Below, piece by piece: positions 28,066 through 38,611 of a DNA stretch of 64,000 nt. The position numbers and the translations under genes are program-made. Positions within the stretch are counted from its first letter, which is position 1. Each line of letters begins with the position of its first letter. The notes below the pieces were generated by a model, which saw nothing but the letters and a program-made list of their open reading frames with translations, had not been told where the DNA came from and did not search any database. This DNA comes from a virus. Lineage: Duplodnaviria; Heunggongvirae; Uroviricota; Caudoviricetes. The stretch lies in IMG/VR virus record IMGVR_UViG_3300014043_000277; one strand, 5' to 3'.

Positions 28066-29691
28066 TTAATCATGCTGAAAACTTTTTATTAATGATTTTT
28101 TATCGTTGTTTTTGCCAGCAATGTTATCAATGCTGAAATCGTTTGTTATCATTGCGGCGTATGGTATTAGCAGTATGAAATACGTGTAAGCATATTCAGG
28201 TTTCGTCTCCCAGATTAAATGGAACAGGAACCCTCCGAGAATGCAAACACCGAGAAGTATTCCATAAGCATCATGACGATTCCGCATTATTCCGATGATT
28301 GCGAATGATGATATGAGAATACATAAACCATCCAACCATGATCGAGTTATTATCATGAAAGCATTGGAATCAATTATTTTCTGCCCGATTGTCTCATGCA
28401 ACACTGGTTCTTTCGCGTTTTCAACGATTCCATCCTTATCATCATTATCAATGTTATTCTGTTTTACATATTCACTATAATAATATGATTCAGCTGGCCG
28501 TGTCACGTATGAGAATGTAGGTTCCGCCCATGTTTCCATTGTTTTCACACGGAAGAAATCAATTAAATATGACGGTTGTTTGAATTTCACTGATTGTTTA
28601 CGCCATGTGTTATCAGCGTTCCTGTTGGATTCATCCAATGTGTATCTTGTTGACCCGATATTCCATTTAAAGAAACCATAACCGCCAGCCGCATCATCAT
28701 TCAAACCCATGATCATGAAATTCTTTGCCGGTGCTTTCATGTTCTCATTATAATCAACACCGGTGATTCCCTGTAATAATGCGGGAGCTAGTGCAGCACC
28801 GATCATCATAAATGGAATTATGATGATTCCGGTGATTGTATGTTTCCAGTTTATTCTAATCATTGAACAAACTATGAGAATGATTGTTATGGCAATGCCG
28901 ATTATCATGTTGTTCGGTTTGATGAAACCCAGTATGACAGCAACAAGCATGATGATTATCGCATTCCGCCAATTGAATGATTTCATTAGTCTGATTGCGG
29001 TTAATAATGCTAATAGGATTAACGGAACGCTTAACGTATTACCATATACTTGAATCGCGCTCATTGGAATCACTATGAATCCCATTGATAACAGGATAGC
29101 CGCGCATCCGGCATTCTCGTCTTTTAATTCTTTTGTTATCAATCCTATTAACGGTATGATTGTCGCTGTCCATAATGTGTTCAATGTCATCATGATGCCA
29201 TATGCGAACCATATGTCTCTTCCAATGGCGTGCGATAATAATGCGAATGGATACATGATTAAACCGACACCTGATTGATACTGGTATCGTTCCATGTATT
29301 TCAGATATGTCGTTCTCCAATCATCATTATTATCTATAATGCTCCAATCGAACCGCAGTATTGATGTTGAATCATCCTCCGGATGGTATCCGCTCATAAT
29401 CAACCATATCATTGACATGATGAATGAGAACATGAAACCAATTATAATAAGCCGTTTGAATCCAATTCGTTCAATGATGGCATTAATTTTTTGAATCATT
29501 GACAGCATTATGATTCCAATGCTGGCTCCCATGATTGCAATAATGTAATTATTGGAAGTGAATGCAAATGAATATGGCGTTGAATAACATACTGTAAATA
29601 TGATGTTCAATAATGCGATGATGGCAATGGCGATGATTGAGAACCATGCTCCGATATTGTTCATGAATTGTCCGATTCTCTTAATCATCAT
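28066..29691 (-). CDS. GT-C-fold-like polytopic membrane glycosyltransferase, paralogue 2
   Basis: 541 aa and multi-pass. Carries the YQYQSGVG motif and the C-terminal WETKPEYAYTYFILLIPYAA. Confidence 0.5.
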   Translation of the reverse strand: MMIKRIGQFMNNIGAWFSIIAIAIIALLNIIFTVCYSTPYSFAFTSNNYIIAIMGASIGIIMLSMIQKINAIIERIGFKRLIIIGFMFSFIMSMIWLIMSGYHPEDDSTSILRFDWSIIDNNDDWRTTYLKYMERYQYQSGVGLIMYPFALLSHAIGRDIWFAYGIMMTLNTLWTATIIPLIGLITKELKDENAGCAAILLSMGFIVIPMSAIQVYGNTLSVPLILLALLTAIRLMKSFNWRNAIIIMLVAVILGFIKPNNMIIGIAITIILIVCSMIRINWKHTITGIIIIPFMMIGAALAPALLQGITGVDYNENMKAPAKNFMIMGLNDDAAGGYGFFKWNIGSTRYTLDESNRNADNTWRKQSVKFKQPSYLIDFFRVKTMETWAEPTFSYVTRPAESYYYSEYVKQNNIDNDDKDGIVENAKEPVLHETIGQKIIDSNAFMIITRSWLDGLCILISSFAIIGIMRNRHDAYGILLGVCILGGFLFHLIWETKPEYAYTYFILLIPYAAMITNDFSIDNIAGKNNDKKSLIKSFQHD

Positions 29692-29715
29692 GTTTTCCTT
29701 ATCTTTTGACTTAAT

Positions 29716-31308
29716 TCATATTTTTTTCAATTGGATTCCTGATGATAGGATACCGGCATATGGAAACATTAATAGGAAATACGTGTAAGCATACTCCGGT
29801 TGCGTTTCCCATAAATAATGGAACAGAAACCCGCCGATGAGAATCATGGCTGGAAGAACAATGGCTTCATTGCATTCATGCATTCTGATGAATTGGAACA
29901 GCATGATGCAAACGAGAACCATGACAAGCATTTGCAATCCATCCCAGTATAGCATGAACATGGTTTTGTTATCATTCATGAATGCAGTGAATACTTTATC
30001 CTGTCTGGTTCCTGATGCCTGTATGAGCGAACGTCCGAAAACCGCGAATGACGGTTCGCTCCATGAATACAATGTTTTCCTTACAAGCATTTGAATCCAC
30101 CAGTTATTCTCATTCAAACGATTCACATGTTCATTGAATAATTGTCTGGCGTTTTCCGATGCTTTATCCGGTGTCCAATCATCATTCCATGTTCCACCGA
30201 GATAATCCTCCTGATAGAAACCGGGCGTCGCAGTCAATGGATTGTAATCCGTTCCCATCGCAATCCAACTCATTGCAGGTTGACGTGAGTTTTTCAAATC
30301 GGCGTCAGTGAATGATTGCATGATGTTAACAGGAATGATTGAACCAAGAATGGCGGCGATGATGATAATCGGCATGAGAATGAGATTCCGTTTCCTATGT
30401 TTCAACAATCCGAGAATGAGAATGATTATCATTGCAATCACTGTAATCATCATGTTCGTTTTGAACCATAACATTCCGAATACCGAAATGAACAGGATTA
30501 TGGCTCTTCTGATGAATGCATGTGTGTTCATGTTCTCATCAGTGAGTTTTATTATCATCAGTATTCCGAGGAACAGGAATGGCAGGCATAGGATGTTCCC
30601 GTAGATTTTATAGCCGCTCATTGCGAACGGTGAATACAATGTAAGCATTATCATTGTCATGTTAAATGCGGAATTGCCACTGTGGCGCGTTTTAACGGCT
30701 ATTTCACGGGCGATCATGCTGATTAGTATCCCTGATATGGGAATGATGATTATCGCGTTTATAAGACGCATTACAAGCATGTTCATGGATGCTCCTGTGA
30801 ACATCATCATGAGCATCATGTATAATAGTACACCTGATTGATATGGATAATGGGTGATATACGCATAAGCGTCAGGCAGCGTGTCATCATATAACGGCGT
30901 GTCCGCTGTCAGGAAGCCATGCTCATGGATTTTCGCGGCGATTTCCATGAGTTCATATGAATCCTCCGGTTCCGTTTCCGCCGCGAACACCGTCCATGCG
31001 ATTCCTGTTAACATTATGATGGCAGTGCATACAATGCCTGTCATCATTGGTTTCAAACGGATTATGTCATCATGCAATGTCATTATCAAACCGAATATTG
31101 CGATTGCGATTATGATGCTGGCGATTATAATCACTGGATTCATGCCATTCATCCAATCGGCATTATCGAATGAACCATACCATGCGATGCTGTTCAATAT
31201 GATGATGACAGTGATGAACATTGTTATCATGAATGCGATGGATAACACCGACTTGCATAGGAATGAATGAATCCTGTCCATGAATCCATGTGAGTTCATT
31301 GATGACAT
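29716..31308 (-). CDS. GT-C-fold-like polytopic membrane glycosyltransferase, paralogue 3
   Basis: 530 aa and multi-pass. Carries the YPYQSGVL motif and the C-terminal WETQPEYAYTYFLLMFPYAG. Confidence 0.5.
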   Translation of the reverse strand: MSSMNSHGFMDRIHSFLCKSVLSIAFMITMFITVIIILNSIAWYGSFDNADWMNGMNPVIIIASIIIAIAIFGLIMTLHDDIIRLKPMMTGIVCTAIIMLTGIAWTVFAAETEPEDSYELMEIAAKIHEHGFLTADTPLYDDTLPDAYAYITHYPYQSGVLLYMMLMMMFTGASMNMLVMRLINAIIIIPISGILISMIAREIAVKTRHSGNSAFNMTMIMLTLYSPFAMSGYKIYGNILCLPFLFLGILMIIKLTDENMNTHAFIRRAIILFISVFGMLWFKTNMMITVIAMIIILILGLLKHRKRNLILMPIIIIAAILGSIIPVNIMQSFTDADLKNSRQPAMSWIAMGTDYNPLTATPGFYQEDYLGGTWNDDWTPDKASENARQLFNEHVNRLNENNWWIQMLVRKTLYSWSEPSFAVFGRSLIQASGTRQDKVFTAFMNDNKTMFMLYWDGLQMLVMVLVCIMLFQFIRMHECNEAIVLPAMILIGGFLFHYLWETQPEYAYTYFLLMFPYAGILSSGIQLKKI

Positions 31309-31359
31309 TCCCTTTCTTTTTGTTTTCTACTTACATATTATTTTAGTATTATGTAAGTT

Positions 31360-32358
31360 CTATCGGCATGATTGAATGCCTTTTTCCAATGCTTTCTTAT
31401 CCGCGGCAGTGATTGACAGATTGTATTTTAATGCTGTATCAATCCATTTAGCTGAATACAGGCAGGTGAATTTCTTATTCTTCGGCATCCATCCGGACGG
31501 ACCTTTGCTTCCTTTTGCCCTGTTCGCACTTGCATCCACTGCAACCAGTTGACTCATGTCATTTGCGAAAGCGGTTTTCTGCTCCGTATTCCATTTCGCC
31601 GCTCCATGTGAATTCGCATATTCGATGGGCACCAAATGGTCCACATCCAGGTCGCTTGGATTATTGAATTTCTTACCGGTATACGGGTCAGCGTATGAGA
31701 ACCCGTCCTTCTGCTCCGCCTTGCAGGTTTTCGCGTTACTGTTGAATCCGGCTGCTTTCAGAATGGTTTCACGAGTATCGCATTTCCCGGATTGAATAAT
31801 CCAATGAGGATAATCCGCGCGATTATAATCACTATTATCAGCATCAGCGATTGTTATTTGATTCAATTTAGCTTCCAATTCGGTTTTACTGTCATCAGTG
31901 CTCCCATCGCCGCCAACGGAACCGTCATTGTTCGCATTGGAACCATTATTCCCGGAATTATTGGTTGTTCCGGGGTCAAGATTACCGAGATTAGCGAATG
32001 GATTATTGGATTCATTGCCATTATTCGGGAACAGATTATCAAAATCGCCATGACTGGGTGCCGGGGCATCCCCCGGATCTGACAGCCCGCCACTGGGCGT
32101 GTTCACGCAATTGGAATTTTTAAGAATATTGCAGTTCAGCATTTCATCAAATTTGGCAACCACGTTATCTGAAAATTCCTGCATTGGATTCACGGACGCT
32201 TTTGAATTGTCAATGATTGATTCCGCGTCAGTGTTACCAGTGTAACGCAGGAATGAAACGACACAGGCGGCAACGATAATAATGGAAATACCAGCGGTTA
32301 TCGCGCCGACAATACCACCTGAACCTTTTTTCTTTCCGCCTGATTTTTTCTTAGCCAA
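31360..32358 (-). CDS. Membrane-anchored extracytoplasmic nuclease-like protein, DUF1524/GmrSD-C-type His-Me finger
   Basis: A basic N-terminus and transmembrane segment (IVGAITAGISIIIVAACVV) are followed by an Asn/Gly-rich linker. The motif DVDHLVP...W...NL..V....N..KG matches the DUF1524 pattern. Confidence 0.45.
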   Translation of the reverse strand: MAKKKSGGKKKGSGGIVGAITAGISIIIVAACVVSFLRYTGNTDAESIIDNSKASVNPMQEFSDNVVAKFDEMLNCNILKNSNCVNTPSGGLSDPGDAPAPSHGDFDNLFPNNGNESNNPFANLGNLDPGTTNNSGNNGSNANNDGSVGGDGSTDDSKTELEAKLNQITIADADNSDYNRADYPHWIIQSGKCDTRETILKAAGFNSNAKTCKAEQKDGFSYADPYTGKKFNNPSDLDVDHLVPIEYANSHGAAKWNTEQKTAFANDMSQLVAVDASANRAKGSKGPSGWMPKNKKFTCLYSAKWIDTALKYNLSITAADKKALEKGIQSCR

Positions 32359-32424
32359 TTTACAACTCCCATGATTCCAATGAATGCATTATGTTCTCAT
32401 AATATCTATCATTATCCATTGGAA

Positions 32425-34107
32425 TCATGCCACGCGGCGGCTTCGTTTGAACAACCATTCATAAGCGGAACGGTCATCATGGAACATGTCATCAGGTATG
32501 ATATGCTCATTCAGCCATTTATCAGCGGTTTTACGTGATTTGCCTTCCAATAACGGCGCTGCTATTTTCCTGTTGTTCATGTCCGCAATGAATTCAATGA
32601 GATTCTCACGGTTCTGTTTCGCGCGTTTACGCAGGACGATATCCGCTTTCAACGCATCCCTGTCCAATGCGAGCGCGGAACCGGTGACTTTATGCAGGAA
32701 AATGATGTCATTCAATGAATGCACACGTGAAACGGCAACATAACCGAGTCCGGGCTGGAAACATTCGCTTAAATCAATCACGGCTCCATCCAATGTCTGT
32801 CCTTGTGATTTATGGACTGTTATCGCCCATGCGAGTTTCAATGGAATGTATTCAACATAAGCATCAGTTATCGTTTTTATTCTGATGACGTTCTTACCTG
32901 CTTTTTCATCATATTCAACATAAGTCTCCTTATGTGTTTTCATTGCGCGTATCGGTTTGATTTCCGATTCGATGCCATCATTGAACCTCACGGTTACTGT
33001 CGCGGGGGATGTTATGGTTTCTTTTGTCATTGAAATCACTGTTCCCATGGAACCATTCACATGCTGCGGATTATCCGTGTCACCGTTATTTGATGTGAGC
33101 ATGACAACAGCTCCGTTGCGGAATGAAACGCTGTTAGGTATGCCGGATTGCCTGCGTAATTTCGCAGCTTCTTTCAAATCATCCCCACCGAGTTTCGCCG
33201 GTATTTTCAATTTCCATCCTGTGAGTTCATCCAGTTTCTCCTGATTGAATTTATCAACATTACGATTACGAGTATATAAACGAGTGTATGTTTTATCCTT
33301 TTCCAGCTCGGCCTGGAACCGGCTGTTCAACAGGTTGACATCATTGATGCCAATGTCCGCATTGCGAATGTCATTAAGGATTCCTGTTAAACGATCATCA
33401 TCACTGCGGTGAACCTCATCAAGATAACAATATGCAGGATGGCATGCTCCGAATGCGGGTGAATGGAAACATAATCTGCTATCCACCGGCGCTCCGTTCT
33501 TATCCAATGCGTGTTTGTCAACTGGTGGTAATTGCATGAAATCACCTACCATTATGATTTGGATTCCGCCGAATGGCTTCTCATTATGGCGTGCGAATTT
33601 AGTTATTTTATCCAGATTAGTCAGGAAATACGCTGGCAGCATGGAAATTTCATCAATGATGAGAATGTCGGTTGAACGGATTTCCTTCAAAGCATGCTTC
33701 CATTTATAATTTTTAAGTATTTCCGTTCCGTCCTCATCAGTATCACCCGGTTCAGGGCAATCCACGTCAATTCCAAGTCCGCTCCATGAATGAATCGTTT
33801 TGCCTTGAATCAATGCGGCTGCGGCTCCTGTTGACGCGGTTACAACAAGATTAATGGTTCTGTTCTCACCTGAAAGCAATGCGTTCATGTTTTCAATTAT
33901 TGAACGGAACATGTTGATAACCCAGCTTTTACCGGTTCCTGCCTGTCCGCATAACATGACATTATCGCCTCTAAGCATGTAATATAACGCTTCCATTTGG
34001 CTTGTCATTTCACTGCTTGCAATGCTGTCCTTGAAATCAATCATAGGTATGATGTCATGTTGTCCCGGCATTATCACGGCATTATTGTTCTTATTATCTG
34101 GCGTCAT
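32425..34107 (-). CDS. Pif1/RecD-family (AAA_30) DNA helicase
   Basis: Walker A GQAGTGKSW, the IIDEISM motif, the GDFMQLPPV motif and a C-terminal UvrD_C-like region (VHKSQGQTLD). Confidence 0.7.
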   Translation of the reverse strand: MTPDNKNNNAVIMPGQHDIIPMIDFKDSIASSEMTSQMEALYYMLRGDNVMLCGQAGTGKSWVINMFRSIIENMNALLSGENRTINLVVTASTGAAAALIQGKTIHSWSGLGIDVDCPEPGDTDEDGTEILKNYKWKHALKEIRSTDILIIDEISMLPAYFLTNLDKITKFARHNEKPFGGIQIIMVGDFMQLPPVDKHALDKNGAPVDSRLCFHSPAFGACHPAYCYLDEVHRSDDDRLTGILNDIRNADIGINDVNLLNSRFQAELEKDKTYTRLYTRNRNVDKFNQEKLDELTGWKLKIPAKLGGDDLKEAAKLRRQSGIPNSVSFRNGAVVMLTSNNGDTDNPQHVNGSMGTVISMTKETITSPATVTVRFNDGIESEIKPIRAMKTHKETYVEYDEKAGKNVIRIKTITDAYVEYIPLKLAWAITVHKSQGQTLDGAVIDLSECFQPGLGYVAVSRVHSLNDIIFLHKVTGSALALDRDALKADIVLRKRAKQNRENLIEFIADMNNRKIAAPLLEGKSRKTADKWLNEHIIPDDMFHDDRSAYEWLFKRSRRVA

Positions 34108-34191
34108 GCTATCAATGTTATCATTAAACGCGTGAAGCAGGGAACCGGATGGCTCCCTGCTTTTCGTTTTAACTGATTATATTATAATGTT

Positions 34192-35685
34192 TTATTCAAT
34201 TACCTGATAATCACCGAATTCATATCCTGTGTCAGACTGTTCGGCATAATCAGTGCTGTTCACATTGTCATCATTGATTTCAATGCGTCGGATATGTTTA
34301 TCATCAATTGGAATGATGACAGCGCCATCCAAATGCAGATTATGTTTGACTGCAATATCATTCAATCGTGTGATTTCATTAAGAACATCATCCGGTTTGA
34401 CATCTGATACTTGCATATTGGAATTGGACGCATCCGTGATTTCCAAATGGCGGTCATTCCTGATATGGAAGAATTTAGAATCACCATATTCACGATTCAC
34501 TGCACGGATGGTCATCGGCGGCATGTTGCAAATGAAATCAAAACCATGCCCGCGAATGGTTCCCTTATGGATGGGAATCAGGATTTTCGTGTCCTGTCCG
34601 ACGGTCGGAATTGAACTGCGATGATTTACGACAACCGGTTCCGGCGCATTTCTCTCATTATCGTCCGTGGTGCCATCCGGTGTCCAATTGCGGATTCGAT
34701 TAATAATGTTGATGTCGGATTCAGCCAAACCTGCAAGTTCAATGATGACATCAATGTTATCATCATCCATTTCACGGATTGAACGGATTATGCTTTCAAT
34801 GGTTCCATCACCAATGAACATTGACACCCGAGCCATGAAATCATTCATTTCATCCGCGCCAATGCCATAGGATGCAATGTCCACGGTCGCGTCCGTATTA
34901 TCATCCGTGGCTTCAGACGCGCTGGTAGCATCATCATTCGTTGCCGTGTCATAATCAGGGTTAATGAGAGCATTGATTGCATTGCGTTCATCCTGTGATG
35001 CGTTCAGCATGTTCAGAATCCATTTCTGATCATCCTGTGATGCGTTAATGAAAGCGTCAAAACCGGTTTCCGCGACATCCTCCATGAAATACCTGCTATC
35101 AGTGTCATCAATGTTGTCAAAATCGAAGAAAGTGATGTTTTTCATGCGTTCAATGTCATCATCACTAGCTGTTTCAGTCCATGATGGAATGCGGTAAAGC
35201 ACTTGTAGGATTGCGTCATTGGCAGCTTTATATGCAGGTGAATCATAATCAATGTTATCAGGATTGAAATCATTGGATTCATCAGTATCGGAATCAGCGG
35301 CATTATTAACGGGTTGTCCATTGATGAACACTGGAACCTGGTTTTCACTGCTTTCATTATTGCTATCAATACCATCATTGTCTTGTGTCATGGATGAATA
35401 CACGGCAAGGCAATGCCACATTTGCGGCGGATCGCAAGCCATTGTATAATCCAATGTCATTTCTGAACCATCAAGACTGAGAAATTCATCCTCTGAATCA
35501 GGAATATACAGATTATCCGGGTTCTTATCGATTTCATTGCTTTTATCATAATGCCATAATGCGAATGCACGTTTAATGCTTGTCACATTATCATCCAGCC
35601 GCGCGATTACTTTCTTTTCGCTGTTCGAACCGTATTGCGCGTCCTCCCATTCAATGAGATAATAAATAGCCAAAATCAACTCCAA
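34192..35685 (-). CDS. Hypothetical acidic protein, 497 aa
   Basis: Long Asp/Asn-rich ORF with no recognised domain. Confidence 0.4.
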   Translation of the reverse strand: MELILAIYYLIEWEDAQYGSNSEKKVIARLDDNVTSIKRAFALWHYDKSNEIDKNPDNLYIPDSEDEFLSLDGSEMTLDYTMACDPPQMWHCLAVYSSMTQDNDGIDSNNESSENQVPVFINGQPVNNAADSDTDESNDFNPDNIDYDSPAYKAANDAILQVLYRIPSWTETASDDDIERMKNITFFDFDNIDDTDSRYFMEDVAETGFDAFINASQDDQKWILNMLNASQDERNAINALINPDYDTATNDDATSASEATDDNTDATVDIASYGIGADEMNDFMARVSMFIGDGTIESIIRSIREMDDDNIDVIIELAGLAESDINIINRIRNWTPDGTTDDNERNAPEPVVVNHRSSIPTVGQDTKILIPIHKGTIRGHGFDFICNMPPMTIRAVNREYGDSKFFHIRNDRHLEITDASNSNMQVSDVKPDDVLNEITRLNDIAVKHNLHLDGAVIIPIDDKHIRRIEINDDNVNSTDYAEQSDTGYEFGDYQVIE

Positions 35686-35702
35686 TCATTTTTCATGTTT
35701 CG

Positions 35703-37160
35703 TTAATAACGATTATATTCCGTTTTCACTGGATTGTCAATTTTGAATTGTTCAATCACAAATTCCAATGGATAATCAATGAATTCATCCCGCATCCAAT
35801 ATGACAGGAAATCATAATATGAATAACCGGTGTAATGCTTATTGCTAATGCCATTAGTTGTCATTGCCTGTGAGATAAGACGAATGATGCTTTCCGGTGA
35901 ATGATTAGCATCTAATGCGCGTCCTATTGTTTCCATTATGCTTTCAAATGGATTCAAATCCATGTTGCCGAACCGGTACACCTGTCCGGCAACATTCATG
36001 AGAATCATTTTCGCGAATCCATGATAATCCGTTTCATTCAAATTATCACATGTTTCCAATAACTTGATGGCGGTGTCAGCTGCATAATCGCTTAACGGTG
36101 AACAATGCGATGATAATGACCCGTAATAATACTGTTCATAATACTGTTCAAACTCACTGTCATATGGAATATGATTGAACATAGCCATAATGACTCGCGC
36201 ATGAGCATGATTCCAATCATAATTGCTTCTGCTTGCATATGATGACATGTTATCATTATCATTCAGGCAATCAATATAACGTTTGTAATTCTCAATGACG
36301 AGTTTCACATTATCACGATTGAATGATTTCGCATCCCATGCGTTCCTGAATGAACATTGCATGAATTCAATGGCTGTATTAACATTATCTGAGAACAGTT
36401 TCTGTATTTCACTGCCATACGCTCCACCGAGAATGAAACCGAGTTTAGCTCCATAACTATCGGATGGTTGATTGATGATGTTTTCAATGACGTTCCATCG
36501 CACATCCATGTCAGTTTTATTCAACAGTTCAGTCATGTTATTCACGAATGACGTGCCGAATTTCAAACCTGTTGTTTTAACATTGCTGTTAATATGATCA
36601 CGTATATCCACTGGCATCAGTTGAATCCAATTCTCACCGAACACATTAGCCAACAATGAGTTTGCCATGCAGTATACAACAGGATTAATGTAAAAGCCAT
36701 TATTCATATCATGGAACCATGATTCCATGCGTGGTTCCATTGCGCGTTCATTGAACACGCTCATGTATCCGATGATGTTTGACAGGCTGCAATTGGATGA
36801 CAGCATTAAACCTTCAATGTGTTCAGGTTTGACATTATCCAATAATAATCCCGTCATTTTCTTTTTCGCGAGCTTGGTCATGACATTCAAACATGCCTGC
36901 ATTTCAATCGGCATGTTCCTGTTTTCATCATAATCAAACGAATGCAGTACATCATCATTATCCAATGCCATCCATTCACTTCCATTGCCTGAATATGATG
37001 TGATTGCCGCATTGGATTCCTTACCGGATTGTCGTGTGAGATAATGGGTTTTAATGTCATCAGTTGAAACCATCATTCCCTGCGATGGTTTGATAACCTC
37101 TTTTATGCCACAGCTACTCATGGTGTTCTGAATATATTTGCATTCATTGGTATTAAACAT
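35703..37160 (-). CDS. Hypothetical protein, 485 aa
   Basis: Long ORF with no recognised domain. Confidence 0.4.
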   Translation of the reverse strand: MFNTNECKYIQNTMSSCGIKEVIKPSQGMMVSTDDIKTHYLTRQSGKESNAAITSYSGNGSEWMALDNDDVLHSFDYDENRNMPIEMQACLNVMTKLAKKKMTGLLLDNVKPEHIEGLMLSSNCSLSNIIGYMSVFNERAMEPRMESWFHDMNNGFYINPVVYCMANSLLANVFGENWIQLMPVDIRDHINSNVKTTGLKFGTSFVNNMTELLNKTDMDVRWNVIENIINQPSDSYGAKLGFILGGAYGSEIQKLFSDNVNTAIEFMQCSFRNAWDAKSFNRDNVKLVIENYKRYIDCLNDNDNMSSYASRSNYDWNHAHARVIMAMFNHIPYDSEFEQYYEQYYYGSLSSHCSPLSDYAADTAIKLLETCDNLNETDYHGFAKMILMNVAGQVYRFGNMDLNPFESIMETIGRALDANHSPESIIRLISQAMTTNGISNKHYTGYSYYDFLSYWMRDEFIDYPLEFVIEQFKIDNPVKTEYNRY

Positions 37161-37220
37161 GATTACAATGTTAGCATGATGTCATGTGATTGTCAATGAG
37201 AAAAAGAATTCGTAAATATT

Positions 37221-37267
37221 AGAAAACGATGCGTGACAAACTTGGCAAAAATCACGCATCGTTTTCT
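37221..37267. terminator. Strong hairpin with a 15-bp stem
   Basis: agaaaacgatgcgtga-caaacttggcaaaaa-tcacgcatcgttttct. Confidence 0.6.
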
Positions 37268-37727
37268 CGTGGAGCTGACGGGAATTGCACCCGTGTCTTG
37301 TTCAATCGGTTCATTCCGGATTCACAATCATCCCCGGTTTCCTATTATGTCTTGCATCCGATAGACCGAACCGGGTTTGTCCGTATCGGATGCATGATGC
37401 ATTCAATGTCTCCTGTCATCGGCATGCATCATGCGTTTGACATCGCCGTTTCATATGCGACGTGGAACCGATTATTGAAACGATAATATTCATCGGTTCC
37501 ACGGATTACGCGGCAAGCGCGAAATCAGCCGAGTTAACCTTGGCGTTCATTGTTCGCATGCATCCATTCAAATCGGCGGTTAGCATGCTTCAACCGGATT
37601 GCCGGTATCTGAACTATCAATTGCCAATCGATACTATTCAGCCCCGTGATGCGAACATGATAACACTGATTATCAGTCAGAATGTCATCATGCTTGCATC
37701 GTGCTCATTATCAATAATATCACATTA

Positions 37728-38609
37728 CTATGATTCCTGCAACTTGCGTTCCGCAATGGATACGACATTATCCAACAGCATCGCGCGCGTCATCGGACCC
37801 ACACCGCCTGGATTCGGAGTGTAAGCCTTGCATACAGTATGGCAATAGGGATGGAAATCGCCATGAACATGATATTTCCCATCATTTTCCAATATGCGTG
37901 ACACCCCAACATCAACAAGGACTGTTTCAGCGTTAATCCATTCAGGTTGAATGAACCATTCCTTGCCAACGCAACTGATAACAATGTCAGCAGCGGCGAT
38001 ATGTTCAGGAAGATCACGGGTTCCGGTATGGCAAATGTCCACGCTTGCATTAACATGCTTATTTGTAAGCATTGCAGCCAATGGACGCCCTGCTGTCAAA
38101 CCGCGCCCGATAACGCAAATGTCAGCGCCGTTCAAATCAATATGGTTCATTTCCAATAAACGGATGATACCGGATGGCGTGCAAGGCATGGGATAACCGC
38201 CATTCCCATCAACATCCAGCATCAATCGACCAAGATTCAATGGATGCAGTCCATCCGCGTCCTTATCCGGATTCATGCTGTTAATGACGGCATTTGCATC
38301 CAAACCATCCGGCAAAGGCAATTGAGTGATGAAACCGGTTATCGCAGTATCATCATTGAAAGTCCGTACAGCCGCCTCAGCCTCATCCTGTGATGCGAAT
38401 GATGGCAGTTCACTGCGATAACTGGCGATTCCTGTTTTCTCGCAATCAGCATGTTTACCATTTACGTATTTGATTGACGCGGGATCATCACCAATTAGAA
38501 TGGTTCCGAGTCCGACTGTGATTCCATGTGATTTCAATGTCTGCACGCGGTTTTTCACATCATTCATGATGATGTCCGCTGCTTTCCGTCCATCCAGAAT
38601 AATAACCAT
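37728..38609 (-). CDS. folD: Bifunctional methylenetetrahydrofolate dehydrogenase/cyclohydrolase
   Basis: Carries the GGVGPMT signature, the central DVDG...HP and CTP.GI motifs, and the FolD layout MVIILDGRKAA.... Confidence 0.85.
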   Translation of the reverse strand: MVIILDGRKAADIIMNDVKNRVQTLKSHGITVGLGTILIGDDPASIKYVNGKHADCEKTGIASYRSELPSFASQDEAEAAVRTFNDDTAITGFITQLPLPDGLDANAVINSMNPDKDADGLHPLNLGRLMLDVDGNGGYPMPCTPSGIIRLLEMNHIDLNGADICVIGRGLTAGRPLAAMLTNKHVNASVDICHTGTRDLPEHIAAADIVISCVGKEWFIQPEWINAETVLVDVGVSRILENDGKYHVHGDFHPYCHTVCKAYTPNPGGVGPMTRAMLLDNVVSIAERKLQES

Positions 38610-38611
38610 GA

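Noticed and set aside
24277-31270. Numerous 60-130-aa plus-strand ORFs rich in Met/Ile inside the GT-C genes
   Set aside because: They are antisense shadows of minus-strand membrane-protein genes, where a purine-rich sense strand gives open antisense frames. No independent support exists.
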